Source of the DNA: Pseudomonadales bacterium
GTDB lineage: Bacteria; Pseudomonadota; Gammaproteobacteria; Pseudomonadales; GM7GCV1
NCBI GenBank assembly: GCA_965204215.1
Contig: CBDBDZ010000013.1
Span: 636,394-700,393 of the forward strand
Length of the DNA stretch: 64,000 bases
Direction of reading: 5' to 3'
The notes below the pieces were generated by a model. The model was not told where the DNA came from. It saw only the letters and a list, made by a program, of their open reading frames with translations, and did not search any database. Of the stretch, positions 9,860 to 20,450 are shown one piece after another (within the stretch, counting starts at the first letter, position 1; every line of letters begins with the position of its first letter). Position numbers and translations under genes: made by a program.

Positions 9860-10834
9860 GTGGTGCGTCTTTCCAAACCATTTATCAAATTACCTTTTCG
9901 TTTTGATGTTGCTCAATTAACCCATGAGGCAGAGCAGTTTTCTAACGAGTCGTGGATGGTGCACCCCAATAATTTAAAAGGTAATTCTGCCGTTGCGTTG
10001 GTCTCTAAACAAGGCGGTGACAATAACGATTTTGATGGGGCAAAAGCCATAACGCCCCATTTAGAGCGCTGTGAGTATATACAACAAGTGATGGCACATT
10101 TTGGTCAGGTACTATCGCGCAGCAGGTTGATGAAGTTAGATGCAGGTTGTGAGGTGTCAACACATGTCGATTTTAATTATCACTGGTACAATCGTGTCAG
10201 AATACATATCCCGATTATAACCACTCCTGAAGTCATTTTTTATTGCGGGTCAGAACAAATACATATGTCGGCGGGCGATTGTTGGATTTTCGATTCATGG
10301 CGCAGGCATCAAGTTATCAACAAGAGCCATATCAATCGTATACATCTAGTGATAGATACCTGCGGCTCGTCGGCATTTTGGGACCTGGTTGCAAACATGG
10401 AACAATTGTCAACTCAGCAAATTGATGAACAAAGTCAGTTGATTGCTTTTCAATCCCGGAAAAAAGTACAACTTTTATTGGAACAATACAGCAGTTTACC
10501 AGTGATGTCGCCTGGCGAGTGCGATGGGTTAATTGATGATTTAATTGTTGATTTTACCAATAATCCAAATAACGAAAAGGCATTGGTTAAGCGCTATACC
10601 AGAATACTAAAAGGCTTTGCTCAAGATTGGCGAATACTATGGTCGTTGTATGGCTATCAGGTACAAGGTTTTGAGCGGTACAGGCAACTCATTCAGTCCA
10701 CAAGGCAACAACTTCATCCCAATATGCGAGCCATTACCACAGCTTCAAATGATATTGGTGTTAATGCAATTTTTACACAAAGGGTTTTAAATGCTGCGTT
10801 GAATATGGAAGAGCGTCAGCGTTTATTAAGTTGA
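9860..10834 (+). CDS. Aspartyl/asparaginyl beta-hydroxylase-family (cupin) protein with a C-terminal extension
   Basis: GTG start. Contains the core STHVDFNYHWYNRVRIHIPIITTPEVIFYCG...CWIFDSWRRHQV typical of the Asp/Asn beta-hydroxylase fold. Confidence 0.65.
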   Translation: MVRLSKPFIKLPFRFDVAQLTHEAEQFSNESWMVHPNNLKGNSAVALVSKQGGDNNDFDGAKAITPHLERCEYIQQVMAHFGQVLSRSRLMKLDAGCEVSTHVDFNYHWYNRVRIHIPIITTPEVIFYCGSEQIHMSAGDCWIFDSWRRHQVINKSHINRIHLVIDTCGSSAFWDLVANMEQLSTQQIDEQSQLIAFQSRKKVQLLLEQYSSLPVMSPGECDGLIDDLIVDFTNNPNNEKALVKRYTRILKGFAQDWRILWSLYGYQVQGFERYRQLIQSTRQQLHPNMRAITTASNDIGVNAIFTQRVLNAALNMEERQRLLS

Positions 10835-11569
10835 CAGTAGTGTCCAAAATAAATTCAATTGCTCTATATACAGCTGCCATGAGCTATTGCTGGAAAGTCT
10901 CTGATTAAAATCAGGAGCCAGTGACATAAAATAGACCCGATCAAAGTCTGGGTGTCCTAAGTTACTGTACTCCCAATCCAATATAACAGCTCCTTTTGGT
11001 GTTTGAATAATATTATCTGGTGTTAAGTCATGGTGGCAGATAACGGGTTTGTAGTCCGCATTTACCAAAAAGGACTCTAATTGGCCTCTGGCTTCTAGCC
11101 ACTTGTCTTCTATTTGGCAGGTGATGCTGTTATTTTGTTTTAATTGTTCGTAATAATTATCAATATGCTTTAGATAATTAAAGGGTTGTGTGTTAAGGGG
11201 GGCGCTTTGATAGCAGTTGATACAGTTATTTAAACTTTGGATATCTCGTTTTTTCTGTGGAATATCCGACCAAAGCTCGCCTTCAATATAATCAAATAAA
11301 CAATAAATCTGATTCGGGTCGCTGTAGCGCAGAGTTGGTACAAAACCTGTAGGTTGTAATAGCTTCAAAATTGTTTTTTCTAATGCTCGGTCAATGCCCA
11401 ATTGTTTGGAGTTAGGGTTATTTAAACGCAAAACATAACGCTGTGACGATGTTTTAAGCAAATAAATGCGATTGGTTTGTGCTTTACTTAATGATTGATG
11501 CGAAAGTATAGGCAGTTCAATATTCCATTTTGGCGCATCATCAAGAACTGTTTCAATGGGAGGGAACAT
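10826..11569 (-). CDS. APH/choline-kinase-fold small-molecule kinase (ThiK-like)
   Basis: Contains the Brenner motif HHDLTPDNII and ILDWEYSNLGHPDFD. I chose the Met at 11569 (MFPPIE) because the longer ORF would overlap pnuC by 137 nt. With this start the overlap with the pnuC stop is 17 nt. Confidence 0.7.
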   Translation of the reverse strand: MFPPIETVLDDAPKWNIELPILSHQSLSKAQTNRIYLLKTSSQRYVLRLNNPNSKQLGIDRALEKTILKLLQPTGFVPTLRYSDPNQIYCLFDYIEGELWSDIPQKKRDIQSLNNCINCYQSAPLNTQPFNYLKHIDNYYEQLKQNNSITCQIEDKWLEARGQLESFLVNADYKPVICHHDLTPDNIIQTPKGAVILDWEYSNLGHPDFDRVYFMSLAPDFNQRLSSNSSWQLYIEQLNLFWTLLST

Positions 11570-12164
11570 GAGTTTGTTCACAATAATTTTTATGCCAGTT
11601 AATAAATCCGATAACTGATAGTGCGTGGTAAATGAGGTATAGTATGGCTGTTTGATGAAAGCCTTTATAAATGTTAAGGTAAATAGCAAACGAATTAATC
11701 ACTAGCCAATAAACCCAATTTTCTAAAACTTTTTTTGAAACCATATAAGTGGTAACAACGGCTCCAAATGTGGTAAAAGCGTCGATATAAGGTATCTCGG
11801 AATAAGGTTTTAAGAATAACCCAGCTAAATAAGTGGCAATTAAAATAATGGCTGTAGCACCAACGTGTTGAACCAAAGTCCAGCGTTTAACAGGTAAATG
11901 ATCATTGTTTGAAAAATACCCATGCCAACAACACCAGCCATAAATGGCCATTAGCACATAAAATACATTGAGTAGTGAAAACATAAAGAGACCTACATCC
12001 CAGTAGAGAAAAGTGTAAATTAAGGAACTAAAAAATGCTGCTATCCAACAACTAATATGCTGCTTAATAGCGAGTAGAAGATAGAGAATTGCCAGAGCAA
12101 CTGCAACCGTTTCCCAAGTGTCGGAAAATAAAGTATTGACTAGGAAATTTAAAAAGCCGTCCAT
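11553..12164 (-). CDS. pnuC: PnuC-family vitamin transporter
   Basis: 203-aa multi-TM protein with PnuC-like N-terminal segments (WETVAVALAILYLLLAIKQHISCW...YGWCCW). Confidence 0.75.
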   Translation of the reverse strand: MDGFLNFLVNTLFSDTWETVAVALAILYLLLAIKQHISCWIAAFFSSLIYTFLYWDVGLFMFSLLNVFYVLMAIYGWCCWHGYFSNNDHLPVKRWTLVQHVGATAIILIATYLAGLFLKPYSEIPYIDAFTTFGAVVTTYMVSKKVLENWVYWLVINSFAIYLNIYKGFHQTAILYLIYHALSVIGFINWHKNYCEQTHVPSH

Positions 12165-12190
12165 AGGACGGGCTTGTCAAGCGATGGTTT

Positions 12191-12406
12191 TTAGCGAGTG
12201 GTTCTGGCTGCACCAAAACGCTTATTGAAGCGCTCAATACGGCCACCAGTGTCCAGGTTTTTCTGTTGTCCAGTATAAAATGGGTGACACATGGCACACA
12301 CATCAATATGAATTTCTCCCACTTTGGTAGAGCGAGTGTTAATAACATTACCACAACTACAAGTGGCCTTCAGGTTGCCGTATTTAGGATGTATTTCTGC
12401 TTGCAT
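12191..12406 (-). CDS. rpmE: 50S ribosomal protein L31
   Basis: MQAEIHPKY...CSCGN...[13 protein letters not shown], starting at the internal Met of ORF 12191..12472. Confidence 0.9.
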   Translation of the reverse strand: MQAEIHPKYGNLKATCSCGNVINTRSTKVGEIHIDVCAMCHPFYTGQQKNLDTGGRIERFNKRFGAARTTR

Positions 12407-12477
12407 GGTCGTTGTTTTCAAGTACAATCGAAGGGCGCGCATGTTATCATAATTCGCGTAAATAACAAGCACACTTT

Positions 12478-14487
12478 ATGTCCACTACCCTTAAAAACCA
12501 TTATTTTTTAGTGTTAACGCCAACGGTGTTTAAGGAGTTGGTATATTATAGCCACAACGATACGCTTCAGATGGGCAGTAGAGTGCTTGCCCCCTGGGGT
12601 AAGCGTGAATTGGTGGGACTTATTATACGAAGGGTTTATGAATATGATGTTGACAGTGACATAGCTAAAGAAAAAATAAAGCCCATTATTGAAGTGTTGG
12701 AAGCTGGATTTAAAACGCAGGCACTTTTTCAGCAGTGGTATGCCGTGGTGGACTGGGTGAAACATTATTACCATGTCCATCCAGGAGAGGTCTTTTTAAG
12801 TGCTGTTCCTAAAAAATTTTTAGAAAATAAAAAGGTTAAAGTGATGAGCCTTAAAGATACCGTAACAGAGGTTGAACAAGTGCCGATATTATTGCAGCAG
12901 CAGCAATCAGCACTCGATAGCATATTGAAAACGAAAGGCATTCATTTGTTGATGGGTGCAACTGGTAGCGGTAAAACGGAAGTATATATGCAATTGGCGG
13001 CAGAATCACTTTTTATCAGTCAAAAAGTCTTGGTACTCGTGCCAGAGATAGGGTTAGTGCCACAGACTTTGGAGCGTTTTCAAAAGCGATTTGCTTTTCC
13101 TGTATTGCAATATCATTCAGGTATGACACCAATAAAGCGAATGCATACATGGAATGCGGTGATGGAACCTGGTGGTCAAGTGATTATAGGTACCAGATCG
13201 TCCATATTTTTGCCTATTGAACAATTGGCATTAATCATTGTTGATGAAGAGCACGATATATCACTGCGCCAGCAAGATGGCTTCTATTACCATGCGCGTG
13301 ATATCGCTGTATTAAGAGGAAGGTTACAAAATATCAATGTGGTTTTAGGCACAGCGACACCCTCCCTTGAATCTATATGCAATGTAAAGTTGGGCAAATA
13401 TCATTTGCACCAGTTATCAGAACGGGCAGGAAGCCGTTTACTACCTGATTGGTCGATGATTGATCTTAACAAACAAACATTGCAGGCAGGGCTATCGCAA
13501 CCTTTGCTAAATGTAATAGGCGATACGTTGAGAAGAGGTAATCAAGTGATGGTATACATTAACCGTCGCGGCTATGCTCCTACTATGCGTTGTAATGATT
13601 GTAACAGTATTGTGGAATGTAACTTTTGCAGTGTAAAGCTGACACTTCACAATCATTCAAAACCTTACTTGCAATGCCATCAATGTGGTATTGTGACACC
13701 AAAACCAAAGCATTGTAGTGAATGTGGTAGTGAACAATTTCACTATTTGGGACAAGGTACCGAGCGTGTGGAAGCGGTGCTGGAAGATTACTGTAAAGGC
13801 ACAAAAATTTTCCGCATTGACAGTGATAATACAAGGCGTAAAGGAGCATTAGAGGAGATGCTGGCAGAAATTCGCCTCGGTGAACCCTGTATCGTTTTGG
13901 GTACACAAATGATTTCCAAAGGACACCATTTACCCCATATGACATTAGTGGCAATTATTGATGTTGATAGTATGCTGTTTAGCAATGATTTTCGCGCTAA
14001 AGAACGATTGGCGCAAATGATGATGCAAGTATCGGGCAGAGTTGGGCGAGGGGAAATTCGTGGTACGGCCATATTGCAGAGTTATTATAGCAATCATCCC
14101 TGGCTGCAAACTATTACTGCTAATAATTATATGCAAACTTTAGAGCAATTGTTAGATGAAAGAGGACAAGCAAATATGCCTCCATTTTCGTATATGGCAA
14201 CGGTACATAGCTCGTCATTGAATATTGATGATCCTTTCAGTTTCTTGCAACAGCTTAGAGCGGTATGGCAAAGCTATTCCAAGTCTATAGATATTACCTT
14301 AATTGGGCCAATGCCAGCATTGATTGAGCGACGCAATCGGCGTTATCGGTTTCAATTGCAGGTTGTGGCTACAAAGCGCTCAATGCTGCACCAATGGGTA
14401 CGTGAAGTTAAACAATGGATTGGTGTGCAACCTAAAAAAAACAGTTGGCGTTGCTCTATTGAAATTGACCCACAGACTCTGGACTAA
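12478..14487 (+). CDS. priA: Primosomal protein N' (replication restart helicase PriA)
   Basis: Walker A GATGSGKTEVY, the DEEH box (VDEEHD) and a Cys-rich zinc-binding insert (CNDCNSIVECNFCS...CHQCG...CSECGS). Confidence 0.9.
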   Translation: MSTTLKNHYFLVLTPTVFKELVYYSHNDTLQMGSRVLAPWGKRELVGLIIRRVYEYDVDSDIAKEKIKPIIEVLEAGFKTQALFQQWYAVVDWVKHYYHVHPGEVFLSAVPKKFLENKKVKVMSLKDTVTEVEQVPILLQQQQSALDSILKTKGIHLLMGATGSGKTEVYMQLAAESLFISQKVLVLVPEIGLVPQTLERFQKRFAFPVLQYHSGMTPIKRMHTWNAVMEPGGQVIIGTRSSIFLPIEQLALIIVDEEHDISLRQQDGFYYHARDIAVLRGRLQNINVVLGTATPSLESICNVKLGKYHLHQLSERAGSRLLPDWSMIDLNKQTLQAGLSQPLLNVIGDTLRRGNQVMVYINRRGYAPTMRCNDCNSIVECNFCSVKLTLHNHSKPYLQCHQCGIVTPKPKHCSECGSEQFHYLGQGTERVEAVLEDYCKGTKIFRIDSDNTRRKGALEEMLAEIRLGEPCIVLGTQMISKGHHLPHMTLVAIIDVDSMLFSNDFRAKERLAQMMMQVSGRVGRGEIRGTAILQSYYSNHPWLQTITANNYMQTLEQLLDERGQANMPPFSYMATVHSSSLNIDDPFSFLQQLRAVWQSYSKSIDITLIGPMPALIERRNRRYRFQLQVVATKRSMLHQWVREVKQWIGVQPKKNSWRCSIEIDPQTLD

Positions 14488-14525
14488 GCGCAATAAAAAA
14501 TCTTACCAATAATTATCAGCGAGTT

Positions 14526-15182
14526 TTGCAGCGTATTAGCAGTGCCAGTGATACAGCATCTCAAAATGTCGAATTAATTGCTGTTTCTAAAAAGCAATCT
14601 GTTTCTGCCATTAAAGCATTAGCGAAACTAGGCCAGGTAAACTTTGGCGAAAATTACTGTCAAGAAGGCTTGCTAAAAAAGCAATCATTACAGCAAGATG
14701 GTTTGAATCAGTTAGTTTGGCATTTTATTGGTCCTGTTCAGAGTAACAAAACCAAAGATATTGCCAATAATTTTGAGTGGGTACATACTCTTGACAGAGC
14801 AAAAATAGCAAGACGATTAAACCAGCATTGTTCAATTAGCAGTCAGCGTTTAAACGTGTTAGTGCAGGTTAATATTGACAACGAGTCCAGTAAATCAGGT
14901 GTAACTGAACAACAATTATCAGTGTTGGTAGAAATCATTATTGCGTTACCCTTTTTAACTTTTCGAGGTCTGATGTGTATCCCTAAACAACAGGGTAGTT
15001 TTGAAAAGCAATCAAAAAGCTATCAAAGAATGTTCGCTTTGTTTAGTCAATTACAAAAACAATTTCCGACAGAGACGATAGATACCCTGTCAATGGGTAT
15101 GTCAAGTGATATGGAGGCTGCAGTTGAAGCCGGGTCAACCATGGTGCGTATTGGCACAGATTTATTTGGGAAACGTCATTGA
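14526..15182 (+). CDS. yggS: YggS-family PLP-homeostasis protein; start codon uncertain
   Basis: Contains ELIAVSKKQS..FGENYCQE...MGMSSDMEAAVEAGSTMVRIGTDLFG. The frame is open from 14469, and the upstream codons (AIKNLTNNYQRV) look like a genuine YggS N-terminus but lack an ATG, GTG or TTG. Confidence 0.8.
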   Translation: MQRISSASDTASQNVELIAVSKKQSVSAIKALAKLGQVNFGENYCQEGLLKKQSLQQDGLNQLVWHFIGPVQSNKTKDIANNFEWVHTLDRAKIARRLNQHCSISSQRLNVLVQVNIDNESSKSGVTEQQLSVLVEIIIALPFLTFRGLMCIPKQQGSFEKQSKSYQRMFALFSQLQKQFPTETIDTLSMGMSSDMEAAVEAGSTMVRIGTDLFGKRH

Positions 15183-15188
15183 TTATTC

Positions 15189-17873
15189 TCACGCTGACTG
15201 GATGGCTGCTTGAGCAGCAGCCAGACGGGCGATAGGCACGCGAAAAGGTGAGCAACTAACATAATCAATACCAGTGCTATGGCAAAAAGCAATGCTGCTG
15301 GGTTCGCCACCGTGCTCACCGCATATCCCTGTTTTTAATTGTGGTTTGGTTTGGCGACCACGTTCAACGCCTAGAGTTAGTAGTTGTCCTACACCTTCCT
15401 GGTCCAATACTCTGAAAGGGTCGTTGGGCATGATTTTGGAATTGATATAGTGTGAGATAAAACGACTGCTATCATCGCGACTGAAGCCACAAGTGGATTG
15501 GGTTAGATCATTGGTGCCAAAGCTAAAGAAGTCGGCGTGTTCGGCAATTTTATTGGCAGTTAAAGCTGCTCTAGGCAATTCAATCATTGTGCCTATTTGA
15601 TAGTCCAATTTCAGACCGTATTGACCGATGACACGATCGGCAACTTGTTTAACTACTGCACGTTGATGTTCTAATTCTGTATCCATGCTAACTAGTGGAA
15701 TCATTAATTCGGGCTTGACGATAATACCTTCAATTTGCATTTCACATGCGGCTTCAATAATGGCTTTTGCCTGCATGGCAGTAACTTCAGGATAGACTAA
15801 ACCAAGACGGCAGCCTCTGTGGCCTAACATAGGGTTAGCTTCATGCAGGTTTTCTACTTTTGCCAATAGTTGTTCTTTTTCATAAATTTGTTTGAGAATG
15901 CCATCTATATCTTTAAAGCTATCTGATTTTTGTAACTTTAATTTTAGTTCCACTAATTCCATGTGAAGGCTGTGACTGTCGGGCAAAAATTCGTGCAGGG
16001 GAGGATCTAGCAAGCGAATGGTTACTGGCAGGCCGTCCATGGTTTGAAAAATTTCTTTAAAATCATTTCTTTGAATGGGTAAAAGTTTATCCAGTGCAGA
16101 TTCCCTTGCAGCCCTTGTTTCTGCCAAAATCATTTCGCGCATAATGGCTAAACGCTCTTCACCGAAAAACATATGCTCAGTGCGGCAAAGCCCGATGCCT
16201 TCAGCACCGAAACCGCGAGCTGTTGAAGCATCCTGCGCGTTGTCGGCATTGGCGCGCACTTTCAATGTTCTTCGTTCATCTGCCCATTGCATAAGGTGCT
16301 GATAGTATTGGTCAAGCTCAGGCTGAATCATCGGAACTTGCCCAGCAATAACTCGACCACTGGAACCTTCGACAGTGATCCATTCACCGCTGCGTAAATC
16401 AACACCGTTAACGTGCAGAAAACCTTCGTCCATATCAATCTCAATGTCTTCTGCGCCGACAACGCAGGGTTTGCCCATGCCGCGCGCCACAACAGCTGCG
16501 TGACTGGTCATTCCGCCTCTGGCAGTAACCACTGCCTCTGAAATCATCATGCCGTTAAAGTCATCAGGGCTGGTTTCGTGTCTGACTAATATGACTTTTT
16601 GGTGCTCAGACATTCTTTGCGCTTCTTCGGGAGTAAAACATATACGCCCAGAGGCTGCGCCAGGACTGGCCGGTAGACCTTGAGTCAGAATGTTGACTGG
16701 TGCTGCAGGGTCAATCATGGGGTGCAACAGCTGGTCGAGGTGCTCTCCTTTGACGCGTTGCAATGCAGTGCTTTGGTCTATCATGTTTTCGTTACACATT
16801 TCAACCGCAATGCGAACAGCAGCGGCGCCAGTGCGTTCACCTACCCTTGTTTGCAAGATGTAGAGTTTGCCTTTTTCTATGGTAAATTCGATATCCTGCA
16901 TATCCAAATAATGATGTTCAAGTTGCTTGGATACTTGTTGAAACTGTTTGAAAGCATCGGGTAAGTCTTTTTGCAATTCTACGATAGGTTTCGGAGTGCG
17001 AATCCCCGCAACCACATCTTCGCCTTGAGCATTCAGTAAAAATTCGCCGTACAGTTTGGGTTCGCCTGTGGAGGGGTCGCGGGTAAAAGCAACACCAGTG
17101 CCACTGTTCCAGCTCATATTGCCAAATACCATGGATTGAATGTTGACAGCAGTACCTAATTGATCAGATATGCGATGAATTCGCCGGTAATCAATCGCCC
17201 GTTGGTTGTTCCAGCTGTTAAATACTGCCGAAATTGCCATACGCAGTTGGTCGTAAGGGTCTTGTGGAAACATTTCACCATGGCGTTCGGAAAAGATGAT
17301 ATTTTTGTATATATCCACAATTTCCTTTAGTTGTTCAACACTTAAATCGGTGTCGTTGCCGCCTGTGGTCTGGGTTTTAAAGCGCTCCAAAATGCGTTCA
17401 AATTTTTCCAGTTTGACTTCCATTACCACATTGGCAAACATGCTGATAAAACGGCGATAAGAATCGTAGGCAAAGCGAGGGTCATTGGTTTCTGAGGCTA
17501 AACCCTGTACCGTTTGATCGTTTAAGCCCAAGTTGAGAATGGTGTCCATCATCCCCGGCATGGATACTGGGGAACCTGAGCGAACCGATACTAATAAAGG
17601 ACTGGTTGCTGAACCAAAACCGCGACCTGTTTGCGCTTCAACTTGCTGTAGAGCCGCTCTGGTTTGTGTCCACATACCTTCGGGAAAATGGCGTTGATTT
17701 TCCTGGTAGTTGATACAGGCTTGGGTGCTGATGGTAAAGCCAGGCGGGACAGGTAAGCCGATTTCTGTCATTTCGGCAATATTGGCACCTTTGCCCCCCA
17801 GCAAGTTTCGCATGGAGGCGTTGCCTTCGTTAAACAGGTATATCCATTTGTAAGCGTTATCAGAATTGGTCAT
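15189..17873 (-). CDS. ppdK: Pyruvate, phosphate dikinase
   Basis: 894 aa with an ATP-grasp N-terminus, the phosphohistidine motif GGMTSHAAVVARGMGKPCV and a PEP-utilising TIM-barrel C-terminus. Confidence 0.9.
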   Translation of the reverse strand: MTNSDNAYKWIYLFNEGNASMRNLLGGKGANIAEMTEIGLPVPPGFTISTQACINYQENQRHFPEGMWTQTRAALQQVEAQTGRGFGSATSPLLVSVRSGSPVSMPGMMDTILNLGLNDQTVQGLASETNDPRFAYDSYRRFISMFANVVMEVKLEKFERILERFKTQTTGGNDTDLSVEQLKEIVDIYKNIIFSERHGEMFPQDPYDQLRMAISAVFNSWNNQRAIDYRRIHRISDQLGTAVNIQSMVFGNMSWNSGTGVAFTRDPSTGEPKLYGEFLLNAQGEDVVAGIRTPKPIVELQKDLPDAFKQFQQVSKQLEHHYLDMQDIEFTIEKGKLYILQTRVGERTGAAAVRIAVEMCNENMIDQSTALQRVKGEHLDQLLHPMIDPAAPVNILTQGLPASPGAASGRICFTPEEAQRMSEHQKVILVRHETSPDDFNGMMISEAVVTARGGMTSHAAVVARGMGKPCVVGAEDIEIDMDEGFLHVNGVDLRSGEWITVEGSSGRVIAGQVPMIQPELDQYYQHLMQWADERRTLKVRANADNAQDASTARGFGAEGIGLCRTEHMFFGEERLAIMREMILAETRAARESALDKLLPIQRNDFKEIFQTMDGLPVTIRLLDPPLHEFLPDSHSLHMELVELKLKLQKSDSFKDIDGILKQIYEKEQLLAKVENLHEANPMLGHRGCRLGLVYPEVTAMQAKAIIEAACEMQIEGIIVKPELMIPLVSMDTELEHQRAVVKQVADRVIGQYGLKLDYQIGTMIELPRAALTANKIAEHADFFSFGTNDLTQSTCGFSRDDSSRFISHYINSKIMPNDPFRVLDQEGVGQLLTLGVERGRQTKPQLKTGICGEHGGEPSSIAFCHSTGIDYVSCSPFRVPIARLAAAQAAIQSA

Positions 17874-17907
17874 GATCTTTTATAAAAATGGTACTGCTTA
17901 GAGCAAT

Positions 17908-19686
17908 TTAGAAAGCTTCAGCGTCCAGGCCCATTAGTGTATCAGCACCTGTTTTAATTTTAGCAAGGTGCATGCTGACAGCAGGCAACTGGCGTTGCAT
18001 GAAATAGCGACCCGTTATCAACTTGTTTTGATAAAAGCTTTGGTCGCCACTGCCGTCATCAATACGTTTGAGTGCGGCGTTTGCCATTTGCGCCCACATA
18101 TAACCTAAGCAGACATAGCCAAACATGAAGGATAGGTCGGTAGCGCCTGAAAGTGCGTCATTTGGACTTTGCATACCTTTTTCCATCATGTAGATAATAC
18201 CTTCTTGTAATTCTTTGGAGGCAGTTTTAAGTGGTATGAGAAAATCCTGGTTAAGAGTTTCGTTACTGGCATTTTCTTTAATATAGGATTTGATGATTTC
18301 AAGTAATGCCATTACATGTTTGCCGCCATCTTTAGGCATTTTTCTGCCGACTAAGTCCAATGCCTGTATGCCGTTAGCTCCCTCATAAATTTGGGTGATT
18401 CGGCAGTCGCGAACGTATTGAGACATGCCCCACTCTTCAATAAAGCCATGGCCACCATAAACTTGCTGAGCTTGCACGGTGGCATCAAAACCTTTGTCGC
18501 TTAAAAAGCTTTTTAGCACTGGCGTTAAAATAGAAACAAGTCCTTGGGCATCGTCGTCGTTTACACGGCGATAGCGGTCAATCAAATTAGCAGCCCACAT
18601 GCTAAAGCCTCGACTGGCTTCGGTGAATGATTTAATGTCCATCAAAATACGTCGAATATCGGGGTGTACAATAAGCGGGTCGGCGGGGCCATCAGGGTTT
18701 TTCACACCAGTAATATCACGACCTTGTAGTCTATCTTTGGCATAGGCAACCGCATTCTGGTATGCCACTTCGGCTTGAGAAAGACCTTGCATTCCAACGC
18801 CGAGGCGCGCTTCATTCATCATGGTAAACATGGCACGCATACCTTTGTGCTCTTCACCGAGTAAATAACCGACTGCGCCGTCATAGTCCATTACACAAGT
18901 AGAGTTTCCGTGAATGCCCATTTTTTCTTCGATTTTGCCAACCGACAAACTGTTGCGCTCACCCAGCGTACCATCTTCATTAAATAAAAACTTAGGCACT
19001 ATAAATAAGGAAACACCTTTAATACCTTCTGGCCCATCGGTGATTTTTGCTAATACCAGGTGAATGATATTTTCAGACAAATCGTGGTCGCCAGAGGAGA
19101 TAAAGATTTTTTGACCAGTAATTTTGTACTTGCCATCATTGGTTGGCTCGGCTTTGGTTCGCATTAAGCCCAAATCAGTACCACAATGCGATTCGGTTAA
19201 GTTCATTGTACCAGTCCATTCATTGGTTGCCATTTTAGGCAACAAGAATTGTTTCTGTTCATCGCTACCATGCCCGTAAATAGCAGACATAGCACTGTGA
19301 GTTAAACCAAAATACATGGTTAAAGCTTGATTAGCTGAAGAGAAAAATTCATTAATTGGTGAGGTGATAATAGCAGGTAGTCCCTGACCGCCGTATTCCG
19401 GGTTTAAATCAATACTGGCCCAACCCGATTTGGTGATTTGGTCAAAAGCGTTTTTGAAACCACTAGGCGTAGTGACTTTACCATCCTCATGTTTACAGCC
19501 TTCAGAGTCACCAACGCTATTTAAGGGAAACATGACATCGCGGCTGATTTTTCCCGCTTCTTCTAAAATGGCACTGGTAAAATCATCGGTCAAATCGGCA
19601 TAGCCAGGGATGTTTTGCTCAGAGACATTGAAAACATCATTCAATAAAAATTCTATTTCCTTAACGGGTGGGTTATATATAGGCAT
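17908..19686 (-). CDS. Long-form acyl-CoA dehydrogenase with an extra C-terminal domain
   Basis: 592 aa with ACAD N, middle and C domains ([30 protein letters not shown]) and a ~150-aa C-terminal extension. Confidence 0.8.
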   Translation of the reverse strand: MPIYNPPVKEIEFLLNDVFNVSEQNIPGYADLTDDFTSAILEEAGKISRDVMFPLNSVGDSEGCKHEDGKVTTPSGFKNAFDQITKSGWASIDLNPEYGGQGLPAIITSPINEFFSSANQALTMYFGLTHSAMSAIYGHGSDEQKQFLLPKMATNEWTGTMNLTESHCGTDLGLMRTKAEPTNDGKYKITGQKIFISSGDHDLSENIIHLVLAKITDGPEGIKGVSLFIVPKFLFNEDGTLGERNSLSVGKIEEKMGIHGNSTCVMDYDGAVGYLLGEEHKGMRAMFTMMNEARLGVGMQGLSQAEVAYQNAVAYAKDRLQGRDITGVKNPDGPADPLIVHPDIRRILMDIKSFTEASRGFSMWAANLIDRYRRVNDDDAQGLVSILTPVLKSFLSDKGFDATVQAQQVYGGHGFIEEWGMSQYVRDCRITQIYEGANGIQALDLVGRKMPKDGGKHVMALLEIIKSYIKENASNETLNQDFLIPLKTASKELQEGIIYMMEKGMQSPNDALSGATDLSFMFGYVCLGYMWAQMANAALKRIDDGSGDQSFYQNKLITGRYFMQRQLPAVSMHLAKIKTGADTLMGLDAEAF

Positions 19687-19787
19687 ATTATCATTGACCT
19701 CAATTAATTAATAGGTAGAGCGTTTTGCATTATTTATTGTGCAATACTACATTAAGTTTTCGTTTAAAATGCGAGCGCAACTCTACA

Positions 19788-20450
19788 TTATTTTGTCAGA
19801 GCGTGCAACAATCTGTCTAATCCACCGTGATTGATACAATAATGGACCGATTGTGAAACAACAGGTTTAGCGTGAAATGCTATTCCCAGTCCAGCGGCTT
19901 TTAGCATGGGCAAGTCGTTTGCGCCATCGCCTATGGCAAGGGTTTTTTCCATAGGAATGTTGTTGGTATAGGCTATTTCTCGCAACTTGGCAGCTTTGTA
20001 GTCAGCATTAACAATATCACCAATGACATTGCCAGTGAGAACGCCGTTTTTAATTTCCAGATGATTGCTGTAGGTGTAATTAAAGCCCAGTTGTTTTTGT
20101 AAATGTTTGGCGAAAAAGGTGAAACCACCAGAGAGAATGGCAGTGGTATAGCTGTGTTGATGCAGTTTATTAACTAATTCTTTTACTCCTGATGTTAGCG
20201 GTAAATTGTCGGCGACTTTTTGTAATGTTTGCTCAGGCAGACCTTTTAATAATTTGACGCGTTGTTTCAAACTTTGGTCAAAGTCTAATTTACCTTGCAT
20301 GGTCTGCTCGGTAATGGCTATAACCTGTTTGCCCACGCCCACTATTTTAGCTAATTCGTCAACCACTTCGCATTGAATTAGAGTCGAGTCCATATCAAAC
20401 ACAGCGCATTGGAAATCATCAATGGTTTGGTCAAAGTTTAAAATGTTCAC
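19788..20450 (-). CDS. serB: HAD-IB phosphatase, phosphoserine-phosphatase (SerB) catalytic-domain type
   Basis: Contains [13 protein letters not shown] and [10 protein letters not shown]. It overlaps the lptB stop by 20 nt. It has no N-terminal ACT domain. Confidence 0.7.
   Translation of the reverse strand: MNILNFDQTIDDFQCAVFDMDSTLIQCEVVDELAKIVGVGKQVIAITEQTMQGKLDFDQSLKQRVKLLKGLPEQTLQKVADNLPLTSGVKELVNKLHQHSYTTAILSGGFTFFAKHLQKQLGFNYTYSNHLEIKNGVLTGNVIGDIVNADYKAAKLREIAYTNNIPMEKTLAIGDGANDLPMLKAAGLGIAFHAKPVVSQSVHYCINHGGLDRLLHALTK

Noticed and set aside
12064-12511. ORFs 12064..12354 (-) and 12266..12511 (+), and the long form of 12191..12472, around rpmE.
   Set aside because: These are alternative frames or the opposite strand of the L31 gene and the pnuC 5' end. 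L31 is unambiguous from MQAEIHPKY, and the other translations have no features.
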